Shown here one piece after another: positions 10,198-18,325 of a stretch of DNA of 64,000 bases. The notes under the pieces are model-generated. The model saw nothing but the letters and a program-made list of their open reading frames with translations, searched no databases and had not been told where the DNA came from. Numbering within the stretch: position 1 is the first letter of the stretch; every line of letters begins with the position of its first letter. A program made the translations under genes and the position numbers. The DNA comes from an uncultured Gammaproteobacteria bacterium (lineage in GTDB: Bacteria > Patescibacteriota > Microgenomatia > Daviesbacterales > UBA10151): contig CAZYPW010000003.1 of assembly GCA_964649615.1 (NCBI GenBank), positions 30,132-94,131 on the forward strand, written 5' to 3'.

Positions 10198-10212
10198 GAT
10201 GGAATTATATCA
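10198..10212 (-). promoter_or_regulatory. Extended -10 promoter (TGaTATAAT) 6 nt upstream of the prfB ATG; predicted leaderless mRNA
   Basis: Minus strand reads tga TATAAT tccatc ATG. Confidence 0.6.
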
Positions 10213-10220
10213 GCCTACTC

Positions 10221-10418
10221 AGCGATCCGCCAGTTGGCGGAGAGCGTGACAATCTACCCAGTGGACAAAATTTTTCGATCGAAACAAAATGTCCAAAAAT
10301 ACCTTTTATGATTGTTACGTAATGCATTACGTAATTAAATACGTACTTCATTATATTCTCGACCGAGAACATAATGAATATCCCGAGGTGTAGCTACAGT
10401 TTCACCTCGGAGGTGGGA
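10221..10418. repeat. Cluster of five unrelated palindromes/hairpins
   Basis: tccgccagttggcgga (10226-41); tggaca..tttcgatcgaaa..tgtcca (10262-95); ttacgtaatgcattacgtaa (10315-34); ttcattat-a-ttctcg-ac-cgagaa-c-ataatgaa (10347-78); ccgaggtg..cacctcgg (10383-10410). Confidence 0.85.
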
Positions 10419-10430
10419 CACTAATTTAAT

Positions 10431-10583
10431 TTATTTACTAAAATAACTGTTTAAGGCTTTTATTGCTTCTTCCATGTTTTCTTTTTTAATAATAAATGAA
10501 GTTTCGCTGAAGGTTGATACAATTTCTATAATTTGAATCCTTTTAGTAGCCATTGAGGAAAGTAACACAAAAGATATAAACTC
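10431..10583 (-). pseudogene. C-terminal fragment of an ACT-domain protein (or a 40-aa small ORF from ATG 10553)
   Basis: Reads EFISFVLLSSMATKRIQIIEIVSTFSETSFIIKKENMEEAIKALNSYFSK*, resembling the last part of aspartokinase-type ACT domains; preceded by an in-frame TAG; absent from the ORF track. Confidence 0.55.
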
Positions 10584-10622
10584 CTAGATTTATTGACTCT
10601 GATTAGGTAGAATTTATTCATA

Positions 10623-11156
10623 GTGAATAAAAATTTAATACATTTTATTGTAACAGGTGGGACTATTGATTCTGTGTGGAATGGGGCGCAGGATACTGTG
10701 GTGGTTTCTGAACATTCTGTTTTACCTGAATATTTTGGGGAATTAGGCAGTAATTTAAAGTTTTATGAAGAGCTAAAGTTTACTGAAATTTGTATGAAGG
10801 ATAGCAGGGCTATTAGCGATGAAGACAGGCAAAATGTTTTAAAAGCAATTGAGCAATCAGAAGCTACAAAAATAATTATCACCCATGGAACATACACAAT
10901 GCCAGATACAGCCAAATATTTAAAAGAAAATTTAAAAAGAAAAGATCAAACAATTGTATTGACTGGTTCTATGGTACCTATCAAAGGATTTGATTTTTCT
11001 GATGGACCTTTTAATTTAGGGTATGCTGTGGCACAAGTCCAAAAATTACAAAGCGGAGTTTATGTTTGTATGAATGCCAGAGTGTTTACTCCTGATGAAG
11101 TTGCCAAAAATATAGATGAAGGCAAGTTTTATTCTGTTTTCAGAGAAGAACAATAA
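10623..11156 (+). CDS. Short-chain L-asparaginase (N-terminal catalytic domain only)
   Basis: TGGTID, KDS, ITHGTYTM, VLTGSM, SDGPFNLG. Confidence 0.85.
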   Translation: MNKNLIHFIVTGGTIDSVWNGAQDTVVVSEHSVLPEYFGELGSNLKFYEELKFTEICMKDSRAISDEDRQNVLKAIEQSEATKIIITHGTYTMPDTAKYLKENLKRKDQTIVLTGSMVPIKGFDFSDGPFNLGYAVAQVQKLQSGVYVCMNARVFTPDEVAKNIDEGKFYSVFREEQ

Positions 11157-11161
11157 TCCCC

Positions 11162-11464
11162 ATGATTTTGTATATTGATACCAAAGATCAAAAGCAAGTG
11201 AAAGTTTCTTTGAAAAAAGATGGGAAAATTGTGGAAACTTTGAATGAGCAAAATGAGTATGGATCACAGGTCTTATTGCCTCTTATTTCAAAATTAGTCG
11301 ATCGTCAAAAAGTGAAATTTGGAGATTTGGAAGGAATTGAAGTAGAAACAGGTCCTGGGTCTTTTACAGGACTTAGAGTTGGGGTTTCTGTGGCTAATGC
11401 TTTAGGATTTTCCTTAGGAATTCCTGTTAATGGTAAAAAAATTGAAAGCAAATTGGTATACTAA
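11162..11464 (+). CDS. tsaB: Minimal TsaB (t6A biosynthesis)
   Basis: ILYIDT, SQVLLPLI, GPGSFTGLRVGVSVANAL; only 100 aa. Confidence 0.85.
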   Translation: MILYIDTKDQKQVKVSLKKDGKIVETLNEQNEYGSQVLLPLISKLVDRQKVKFGDLEGIEVETGPGSFTGLRVGVSVANALGFSLGIPVNGKKIESKLVY

Positions 11465-11469
11465 TATTT

Positions 11470-12345
11470 GTGAAACTTTGGGATTGGTTCCTACCACATA
11501 AAGATACACACAAAAAAGCTCATTTAATTTCCTGGGAAGGATTAGTAATTTATATCCTGATTTTTATGTTTTTGCAGGTTAGTTTTTCTTTAGTTAATTT
11601 TTCAAACAAAGGAGTTTTAGGGATTTCTTCCAATGTAGATGCCAAGAGATTAATAGAACTGACAAATGGGGAGAGGCAAAAGAAAGGTTTAAATTCACTG
11701 ATTGAGAATGAAGCTTTAAGCAAGGCTGCCCATTTAAAAGCTCAAAATATGTTTACTGAAGGGTATTGGGCTCATTTTGCTCCCTCTGGGAAATCCCCTT
11801 GGGATTTTATTTTAGGTTCAGGTTATAGATTTACCTATGCTGGAGAAAATTTAGCTAAAAACTTTTATGAATCCAATGATGTGGTAGTAGCTTGGATGGA
11901 TTCACCAACCCATAGGGATAATCTACTGAGTCCTAAATACCATGATATAGGAATAGCTGTGGTGGAAGGAGTTTTAAATGGGCAACAAACCACCCTGGTA
12001 GTACAAGAATTTGGCAGCACCCAAACTTTTAGCAGTTCTCCCATTGTTTCTGTGGGCAATCAGACATTAACTATCCCCAAAGAGGAATATGAGAAAAAAC
12101 CTGAACTTCTAGCTGCTATAACTGCACAATCAGTTAATCAAAACTACACCCTAGATCCATTTTTAATTAGCAAAACAGCTTCTTTGTCTATAATTTCATT
12201 GATGGCTATTTTACTAATTTGTGACTTTGTTATTCTTAAAAGAAGAGGGGTTTTCAGATTAGGTTCACATCATATTGCCCATATGTCACTTTTAACAGCA
12301 GCAGCAGCAGGAATTTTAAGTTTGAGTCCTGGATCAATACTGTAA
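11470..12345 (+). CDS. Membrane-anchored CAP/SCP domain protein
   Basis: LTNGER, YWAH, AGENLA, WMDSPTHRDNLL, IGIAV; TM segments at both ends. Confidence 0.85.
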   Translation: MKLWDWFLPHKDTHKKAHLISWEGLVIYILIFMFLQVSFSLVNFSNKGVLGISSNVDAKRLIELTNGERQKKGLNSLIENEALSKAAHLKAQNMFTEGYWAHFAPSGKSPWDFILGSGYRFTYAGENLAKNFYESNDVVVAWMDSPTHRDNLLSPKYHDIGIAVVEGVLNGQQTTLVVQEFGSTQTFSSSPIVSVGNQTLTIPKEEYEKKPELLAAITAQSVNQNYTLDPFLISKTASLSIISLMAILLICDFVILKRRGVFRLGSHHIAHMSLLTAAAAGILSLSPGSIL

Positions 12346-12349
12346 ATTT

Positions 12350-12514
12350 ATGAATGTAGTAACTTATATAATGGTTTTTGCTTGCCTTTTATATCTGATA
12401 TGGGCTTTAATTTATCATAAAAAAGATAAAAGTTTGACTTATGTTACAATTTTGGAGTATGTTTTAACTGCTGTTTTAGTGCTAATGTTACTAACAGGAG
12501 TAATCCAACAATGA
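12350..12514 (+). CDS. Small two-TM membrane protein (54 aa), not in the ORF track
   Basis: MNVVTYIMVFACLLYLIWALIYHKKDKSLTYVTILEYVLTAVLVLMLLTGVIQQ*; fills the gap exactly; stop overlaps the rfbA start (ATGA). Confidence 0.7.
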   Translation: MNVVTYIMVFACLLYLIWALIYHKKDKSLTYVTILEYVLTAVLVLMLLTGVIQQ

Positions 12515-13230
12515 AAGGCGTTATACTAGCAGGAGGTTTGGGCACCCGCCTTTATCCTCTAACCCAAGTCACAAATAAACATTTATTGCCGGTTTATAAC
12601 AAACCGATGATTTTTTATCCCATTGAAACATTAGTTAAAGCAGGAATAGAAGATATTTTAGTGGTGACTGGTGGCCCCCACTGCGGGCACTTTATGTCTA
12701 TTTTAAAAAATGGCCACGAGTTGGGGATTAAACATCTAGAGTATGCCTATCAGGAAGATGAAGGGGGAATAGCCCAAGCCTTATCTTTAGCAGAAGATTT
12801 TGCAGATGGTGACAGCGTGACAGTAATTTTGGGTGATAATACCTCTGATGCAGATATATCTGAGGCTGTCAGTAATTTTAAGGAAGGGGCTTTAATATTT
12901 TTAAAAGAAGTGGTGGATCCAGAGCGTTTTGGAATTGCCACTTTTGATCCAGAAGATAGCTCAAAGATAGTCAAGATTACGGAAAAACCAAAAAACCCTG
13001 ATTCTAAAATGGCTGTGACTGGTGTTTATATTTATGATAAGGGGGTATTTGATTTTATTAAACAAATTAAACCTTCAGATAGGGGGGAATTGGAGATTAC
13101 TGATGTTAATAATAAATATATAGATAAAGGACAGCTGAGATGGAGTGAACTGGAAGGTTACTGGTGGGATGCTGGAACTTTTGATACTTTACTTGAGGCT
13201 AATAACTATTGGGCAAAAAGGGGCAAGTAA
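12511..13230 (+). CDS. rfbA: Glucose-1-phosphate thymidylyltransferase (short form)
   Basis: LAGGLGTRLYPLT, KHLLPVYNKPMI, ILGDN, EKP, RGELEITD, DAGT. Confidence 0.85.
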   Translation: MKGVILAGGLGTRLYPLTQVTNKHLLPVYNKPMIFYPIETLVKAGIEDILVVTGGPHCGHFMSILKNGHELGIKHLEYAYQEDEGGIAQALSLAEDFADGDSVTVILGDNTSDADISEAVSNFKEGALIFLKEVVDPERFGIATFDPEDSSKIVKITEKPKNPDSKMAVTGVYIYDKGVFDFIKQIKPSDRGELEITDVNNKYIDKGQLRWSELEGYWWDAGTFDTLLEANNYWAKRGK

Positions 13231-14249
13231 TGAAGCTTTTAGTAACTGGCGGAGCTGGATTTATTGGTTCTAATTTTATTCATTACTGGTTAAATTCACA
13301 CTCCCAAGATCAAGTTATCAATTTAGATGTTTTAACTTATGCAGGACACCTAGAATCTCTTAAAGATATTGAAGAATCCGCCAGCTGGCGGACTAATTAC
13401 AAATTTGTCCAAGGTGATATTACTGATCCAGAGGTTGTTAAAGAAGCTATGATTGGTGTGGATATTGTGGTCCATTTTGCTGCTGAATCCCATGTTGACA
13501 GGTCAGTGATAGATCCTTTGCTTTTTGTTAAAACCAATGTTTTAGGGACAGCAATTTTATTAAATGCTGCATTAGATGCAAAAATTAAGAGATTTCACCA
13601 TATCTCAACAGATGAGGTTTTTGGGCAACTAGGCCCCAATGATCCTCCTTTTGATGAAAAAACTAAATATGATCCCCGTACTCCCTACTCAGCCTCCAAA
13701 GCAGGATCTGACCATTTAGTGAGAGCATATTTTGAGACATATGGCTTACCAGTGACCATTTCTAACTGTTCTAACAACTTCGGGCCATATCATGACCCGG
13801 AAAAATTAATCCCCAGATTTATCACCAATCTTTTAGAAGGGCAAAAAGTCCCTTTGATGGGAAAAGGAGAAAATATCAGGGACTGGGTTTATGTGGAAGA
13901 CCATAATAGGGCAGTGGATATTATTTTAGAAAAAGGGAAAGTGGGGGAAACCTATTGCATAGGAGGAGAGGAAAAAAGCAATTTTGAAGTAACCAAAAAG
14001 TTGCTGGAATTTTTAGGTAAAAATGAAAGTATGATTGAGTTTGTAGAACATAGATTAGGCCATGATTTTAGATATGCCATTGATGATGCAAAAATAAGAG
14101 CTTTAGGGTGGAGTCCTCAGGCGCCATTTGAGGAAAGGCTCAAAGAAACTGTGGAGTGGTTTAAAGAAAATGAGTGGTGGTGGAAACCCTTGAAAAATAA
14201 TAGGCCAAATGTAGATAGGGTGGCTCAGAAGGGATATCAAAATGGATAA
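13230..14249 (+). CDS. rfbB: dTDP-glucose 4,6-dehydratase
   Basis: TGGAGFIGSNF, AAESHVDRS, STDEV, YSASKA, PEKLIP; likely start ATG 13230 overlapping the rfbA stop. Confidence 0.93.
   Translation: MKLLVTGGAGFIGSNFIHYWLNSHSQDQVINLDVLTYAGHLESLKDIEESASWRTNYKFVQGDITDPEVVKEAMIGVDIVVHFAAESHVDRSVIDPLLFVKTNVLGTAILLNAALDAKIKRFHHISTDEVFGQLGPNDPPFDEKTKYDPRTPYSASKAGSDHLVRAYFETYGLPVTISNCSNNFGPYHDPEKLIPRFITNLLEGQKVPLMGKGENIRDWVYVEDHNRAVDIILEKGKVGETYCIGGEEKSNFEVTKKLLEFLGKNESMIEFVEHRLGHDFRYAIDDAKIRALGWSPQAPFEERLKETVEWFKENEWWWKPLKNNRPNVDRVAQKGYQNG
13377..13392. repeat. Perfect 16-bp GC-rich palindrome tccgccagctggcgga inside rfbB (encodes SASWR)
   Basis: Self-complementary; one mismatch to the intergenic copy at 10226-10241. 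Confidence 0.85.
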
Positions 14250-14808
14250 ATTTATCAAAAAAACTTTCATTGAAGGACTGTTAATTTTAGAAAGGCCTAT
14301 TTTTGAAGATGAGAGAGGTTTTTTTAGAGAAATATTCCACAAAGATGAGTTAGAAAAGATGAGTGGCATAAAATTTGATGGGGTCCAGATGAACCATTCC
14401 CATTCTAAGAAAAATGTTTTAAGGGGGATTCACGCTGAAAAATGGAATAAAATTGTCTACCCTTTGAATGGACAGGTATTTGTGGCAATTGTAGATATCA
14501 GAGAAGATTCCCCAACTTTTGCTAAAGTGGAGACTTTTGTGATTAATGACCAAAATAGAATTGGTTTATTTATTCCTGAGGGTTTAGCAAACTCTTTATG
14601 TGTGACATCAGAGGAAGCTGTAGATTATATTTATCTGGTGGATAAATATTATGATGGTTCTGATACCAGGGCTATTGCCTGGGATGATAAAGATTTAAAT
14701 ATATCCTGGCCTATTCCAGATCCTATAATTTCTGATAGGGATAAGAATAATCCGAAGTTAAGAGAGTTGTTTCCAGAAAAATTTGACAGTAAAAATACAA
14801 TTTCTTAA
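14242..14808 (+). CDS. rfbC: dTDP-4-dehydrorhamnose 3,5-epimerase
   Basis: DERGFFRE, QMNHS, VLRGIH, VDIREDSPTF, WDDKDLNISWP. Confidence 0.9.
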   Translation: MDKFIKKTFIEGLLILERPIFEDERGFFREIFHKDELEKMSGIKFDGVQMNHSHSKKNVLRGIHAEKWNKIVYPLNGQVFVAIVDIREDSPTFAKVETFVINDQNRIGLFIPEGLANSLCVTSEEAVDYIYLVDKYYDGSDTRAIAWDDKDLNISWPIPDPIISDRDKNNPKLRELFPEKFDSKNTIS

Positions 14809-14853
14809 ATTTTTACTGTCATCCTGAGCGATTAGCGAAGAATCTATTCAGAT
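14784..14853. repeat. 13-bp inverted repeat plus REP-like remnant at the rfbC 3' end
   Basis: tgacagtaaaaat (14784-96) / atttttactgtca (14809-21), continuing as tgtcatcctgagcgattagcgaagaatct. Confidence 0.55.
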
Positions 14854-14860
14854 AGTGGGA

Positions 14861-14890
14861 TTGACTAAGGGGTTACTTATTAGTTATAGT
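14861..14890 (+). promoter_or_regulatory. Sigma70-type promoter for gmd
   Basis: TTGACT-18 nt-TATAGT, 11 nt before ATG 14902. Confidence 0.5.
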
Positions 14891-14901
14891 AGATCAAAGT
14901 T

Positions 14902-15915
14902 ATGGCAAAAAAAAGAGCATTTATCACAGGAATCACTGGCCAAGATGGTTCATATTTAGCTGAATTTTTACTTGACAGGGGTTATGAAGTAGCAGGTTTG
15001 GTTAGAAGAAATGCTGTACAGGATTTAGGCAATGTTAATGAAATAAGGGATGAGTTAAAAATATATTATGGTGACCTTCAGTCCCCTGAGTCTTTGGCTT
15101 TGGCCCTTTATGATTTTAAGCCAGATGAAATTTATAACTTGGCTGCGATGTCATCCCCTTTAGGCTCTTTCTCTGACAAAATAGGGTCAATTATGACCAC
15201 TGGAATTGGGGCTGTGAATGTATTTGAGAGGGCAAAACAAATAGTACCTGAGGCCAAAGTTTACCAGGCCTCCACTTCTGAGATGTATGGTGCCCCAACC
15301 CAAGTACCCCAAGATGAAAATACCCCTTTTGCACCCCACAACCCTTACGCAGCTGCTAAAGAATATGCCCATAGAATGGCAATAATTGGAAGATCTGATA
15401 AAAACAATCCTCAGTTTATTGCTTGTGGAATATTGTTTAATCATGAAAGTCCAAGAAGAGGTTTGAATTTTGTGACCAGAAAAATTACCTCAGCTGTAGC
15501 CTGTATAAAAAATAAAAGAAGAGAAAATATTCCCTTAAATGAAAGAGGTGAAAGTGTGGTTCAAAATGGTAAGTTAGTATTGGGAGATTTAGATGCCAAA
15601 AGGGATTGGGGATTTGCCCCAGATTATATTCAGGCTATGTGGTTGATGTTGCAACAAGAAAAGGCGGATGATTTTGTAATTGCCACAGGTGAGACCCATA
15701 CAGTCAGAGATTTTGCAGAGGAAGCTTTTTCAGTAGTTGGGTTAAACTGGAAAGATTATGTCACCACAGATGCAAAATTTGTTCCACCAGTTCAAACTGG
15801 CCCTCTTTGCGGGAATCCGGCAAAAGCTAAAAAAGTTTTAGATTGGGAAGCAAAAACCAAATTTAAAGATTTAGTCAGAATAATGGTGCATGCAGACCTA
15901 GCCAAATTTTCCTAA
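14902..15915 (+). CDS. gmd: GDP-mannose 4,6-dehydratase
   Basis: ITGITGQDGSYLAE, YQASTSE, YAAAK, GILFNHESPRRG, FVTRKI, RDWG. Confidence 0.93.
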   Translation: MAKKRAFITGITGQDGSYLAEFLLDRGYEVAGLVRRNAVQDLGNVNEIRDELKIYYGDLQSPESLALALYDFKPDEIYNLAAMSSPLGSFSDKIGSIMTTGIGAVNVFERAKQIVPEAKVYQASTSEMYGAPTQVPQDENTPFAPHNPYAAAKEYAHRMAIIGRSDKNNPQFIACGILFNHESPRRGLNFVTRKITSAVACIKNKRRENIPLNERGESVVQNGKLVLGDLDAKRDWGFAPDYIQAMWLMLQQEKADDFVIATGETHTVRDFAEEAFSVVGLNWKDYVTTDAKFVPPVQTGPLCGNPAKAKKVLDWEAKTKFKDLVRIMVHADLAKFS

Positions 15916-15952
15916 TTGTAAAAATTCCTCCATTTCCCTACAATCGATCCAT

Positions 15953-17137
15953 ATGAAAAAAGTTTCCATTGTTTTACCTACTTATAATGAGAAGGCTAAT
16001 TTAGAGAAAACTGTTGAAAAAGTCTTAGAGCAGGGGAAAGATTTGCCTGGTTGGGAAATGCATCTTATTATTGCTGATGATATTAGGTCCTATGATGGGA
16101 CAGAAAAGATAGCCAAAAAATTAGCCAAAAGAAGCAGCAAAATTCATTTTATTAAAGTAGATCCAGGTTTAGGGGTAGGGTTGATCATGGGGCATAAATA
16201 TGCTTTAGATAAAATCAGCCCTGACGTCTTGGCCCAACTGGATGCAGATGGTCAAGTGGTGCCTGATGTTTTAGTTAGACTGGTTAAGGCAATTGAACAA
16301 GGGTATAACTTTGCCATTGGTTCAAGATTTGTGGAAGGTGGGAAAAATCAGCTTTCTTTTAGCCGCAGGCTATTTACCCAAGGAGCCTCTTTTTTTTGCA
16401 GGATTTTAATGGGTCCCTCAGATATTAAAGAATTTACTAATTCAGCCAGAGCCCTAACCCCCCAGCTTTTTAATAAATTAAATTTACAAAGGCTTCCCTG
16501 GAGAGAAGCAAGTTTTATAGTCCAGCCAGCTTTCCTGCATGAAGCAATTTTAGCAGGGGCAAAATACAAAGAAGTGCCTTTAGTTTTTAAAAATAGGTTA
16601 GAAGGCTATTCAAAAAATAAAGTTTTTAATTATACCTATGACATTATCACTTATTGCCTAGACACTAGATTAAATAAGATGGGAATTAAAATTCCTTTTT
16701 TCTATCTTACTAGGAGAGCAAAAACTTTTGTTAAGTTTGGTTTGGTAGGGGCAACTGGAACAATAGTTGATTTTATCTTTTATAAAGTTTTTATTAACCA
16801 GTTAGGACTGCCCCCAGCCACTTCAAAAGGAATGTCAGCTGAAATTGCTATTTTTAATAATTTTTTGCTTAATAATTTTTGGACATTCAGGTATAGAAAG
16901 ACCAAAACAAACATTTATCAGAAATTTGGAATTTTTAATCTGGTGTCCTTAGGAGGATTAATCCTGGCTGTTTTTATTGTGAAGATTTTACATAACAGCT
17001 ATGGAGATGGGTTTATCAATGTTTTTGGAAGGCCTGTAGCCTTCAATAATTTTTACTTTTTTGCTACAATTCCGCCAGTAATGATGTGGAATTTTACAGT
17101 CAACCATTTAGTAACTTGGAAGCACAGAGAAGATTAA
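15953..17137 (+). CDS. GT2 polyprenol-phosphate glycosyltransferase (DPM1-like) fused to a GtrA-type flippase domain
   Basis: PTYNE, DAD, IGSRFVEGG, then KFGLVG...NNFLLNNFWTF (GtrA). Confidence 0.8.
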   Translation: MKKVSIVLPTYNEKANLEKTVEKVLEQGKDLPGWEMHLIIADDIRSYDGTEKIAKKLAKRSSKIHFIKVDPGLGVGLIMGHKYALDKISPDVLAQLDADGQVVPDVLVRLVKAIEQGYNFAIGSRFVEGGKNQLSFSRRLFTQGASFFCRILMGPSDIKEFTNSARALTPQLFNKLNLQRLPWREASFIVQPAFLHEAILAGAKYKEVPLVFKNRLEGYSKNKVFNYTYDIITYCLDTRLNKMGIKIPFFYLTRRAKTFVKFGLVGATGTIVDFIFYKVFINQLGLPPATSKGMSAEIAIFNNFLLNNFWTFRYRKTKTNIYQKFGIFNLVSLGGLILAVFIVKILHNSYGDGFINVFGRPVAFNNFYFFATIPPVMMWNFTVNHLVTWKHRED

Positions 17138-18279
17138 TTAAATAAATAGGGATTGGGGATAGGAGCTACATTTTCAATAATAAAGTTTTGGGCATATAAA
17201 TAGCTGGCTATAGCAATGATCGGCAGGATTATTTTAAACTCTTTGGAAGTTAAAACTCGCTCATATGCAATTAATACAAAAGGGGTTATGGGTAAAATAT
17301 ACCTTGAGATATCCCTGTGGGCCACAAAAATGGAAGCTGTAAGATAGGTTAAGACAAAAAAAGATAATGGGTATAATTTCTTTTTCCATAAAGTAACTGC
17401 TGCTAAAAATCCTAATATAAAGGTTAAAATTATATCCTCCAGCCAAATATCTCCTACCCAGTACTGGTATTTATTAAAAACCTGAAAAGGGGGAAAGGTT
17501 AGATGAATATTATCCCCAGAGTGAAAATAAGCCCAAAAATCCTGATAGGTAAAAGAGTAAAGAAAGAATATCAAAGATAGGGCAGCAGGTATAAAGAGTA
17601 AGGGTAAACTTGTAGTGATTGTTCGAATAATCGAAAACTTATGTTTCCACAGCAGGAAAAGTGACATAGCAATAAAAAGTAGAGCAGCTGGGGGCCTGGT
17701 GATTTGTGAGAGAAAGCCAAATATGCCAAAGGCAAAAATATAAAAGAATTTTTGGGCCTGTTCAAATTTCATCATAAAATAAATGGCAGCAGTGGTGAAG
17801 AAAATAAACATTGGTTCAGAGGATCCTACACTGTGAACTATTAACCATCTGGCAGGCAGAATTAGAAATAATAAACTTAAGAATAAAGGTTGAGATGAAA
17901 GTTTAAAATCTTTTATTAAAAAATAAAAGGCAACAATAGATAATATGGTAAATAGGACAGATGCAAAAAGCATAGATTTTAAGTAGCCTAAAATGGGAGC
18001 AAAAGTGGCAATGGCTATTGAATATCCTGGAAAGTGAGAGGCAAAATATTGCGCAGGCAAATCTTGAGGCAGAGCAGCTATAGCTTGGATATTATAAAAA
18101 GTTTTGGCAATAATTATATATTCAAGCCCATCAAAATTTCTATAAATAGTATTAAATCCATTTGAAAAATTTAATCCCCAAAAGGAAGGAAGAGCTAAAA
18201 TATGCGGCAACCAAATTAGAAATGTCAGGAAAATAGCCAGGCCGGCAATTATGGTAATATCTTTTAAAGTTTTACCCAT
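17134..18279 (-). CDS. GT-C fold membrane glycosyltransferase (PIG-V/mannosyltransferase-like)
   Basis: NFDGLEY, HFPGY, SEPMF, TRP, RY motifs; polytopic. Confidence 0.65.
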   Translation of the reverse strand: MGKTLKDITIIAGLAIFLTFLIWLPHILALPSFWGLNFSNGFNTIYRNFDGLEYIIIAKTFYNIQAIAALPQDLPAQYFASHFPGYSIAIATFAPILGYLKSMLFASVLFTILSIVAFYFLIKDFKLSSQPLFLSLLFLILPARWLIVHSVGSSEPMFIFFTTAAIYFMMKFEQAQKFFYIFAFGIFGFLSQITRPPAALLFIAMSLFLLWKHKFSIIRTITTSLPLLFIPAALSLIFFLYSFTYQDFWAYFHSGDNIHLTFPPFQVFNKYQYWVGDIWLEDIILTFILGFLAAVTLWKKKLYPLSFFVLTYLTASIFVAHRDISRYILPITPFVLIAYERVLTSKEFKIILPIIAIASYLYAQNFIIENVAPIPNPYLFN

Positions 18280-18325
18280 CTAATTATTATAGCAGGATAT
18301 TAAGTTATGTTAAGATAGAATACGC

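Noticed and set aside
10221-10418. CRISPR array or tRNA in the prfB upstream region
   Set aside because: The palindromes differ from one another, there is no repeat-spacer periodicity, and no cloverleaf or TTCGA T-arm in the right context.
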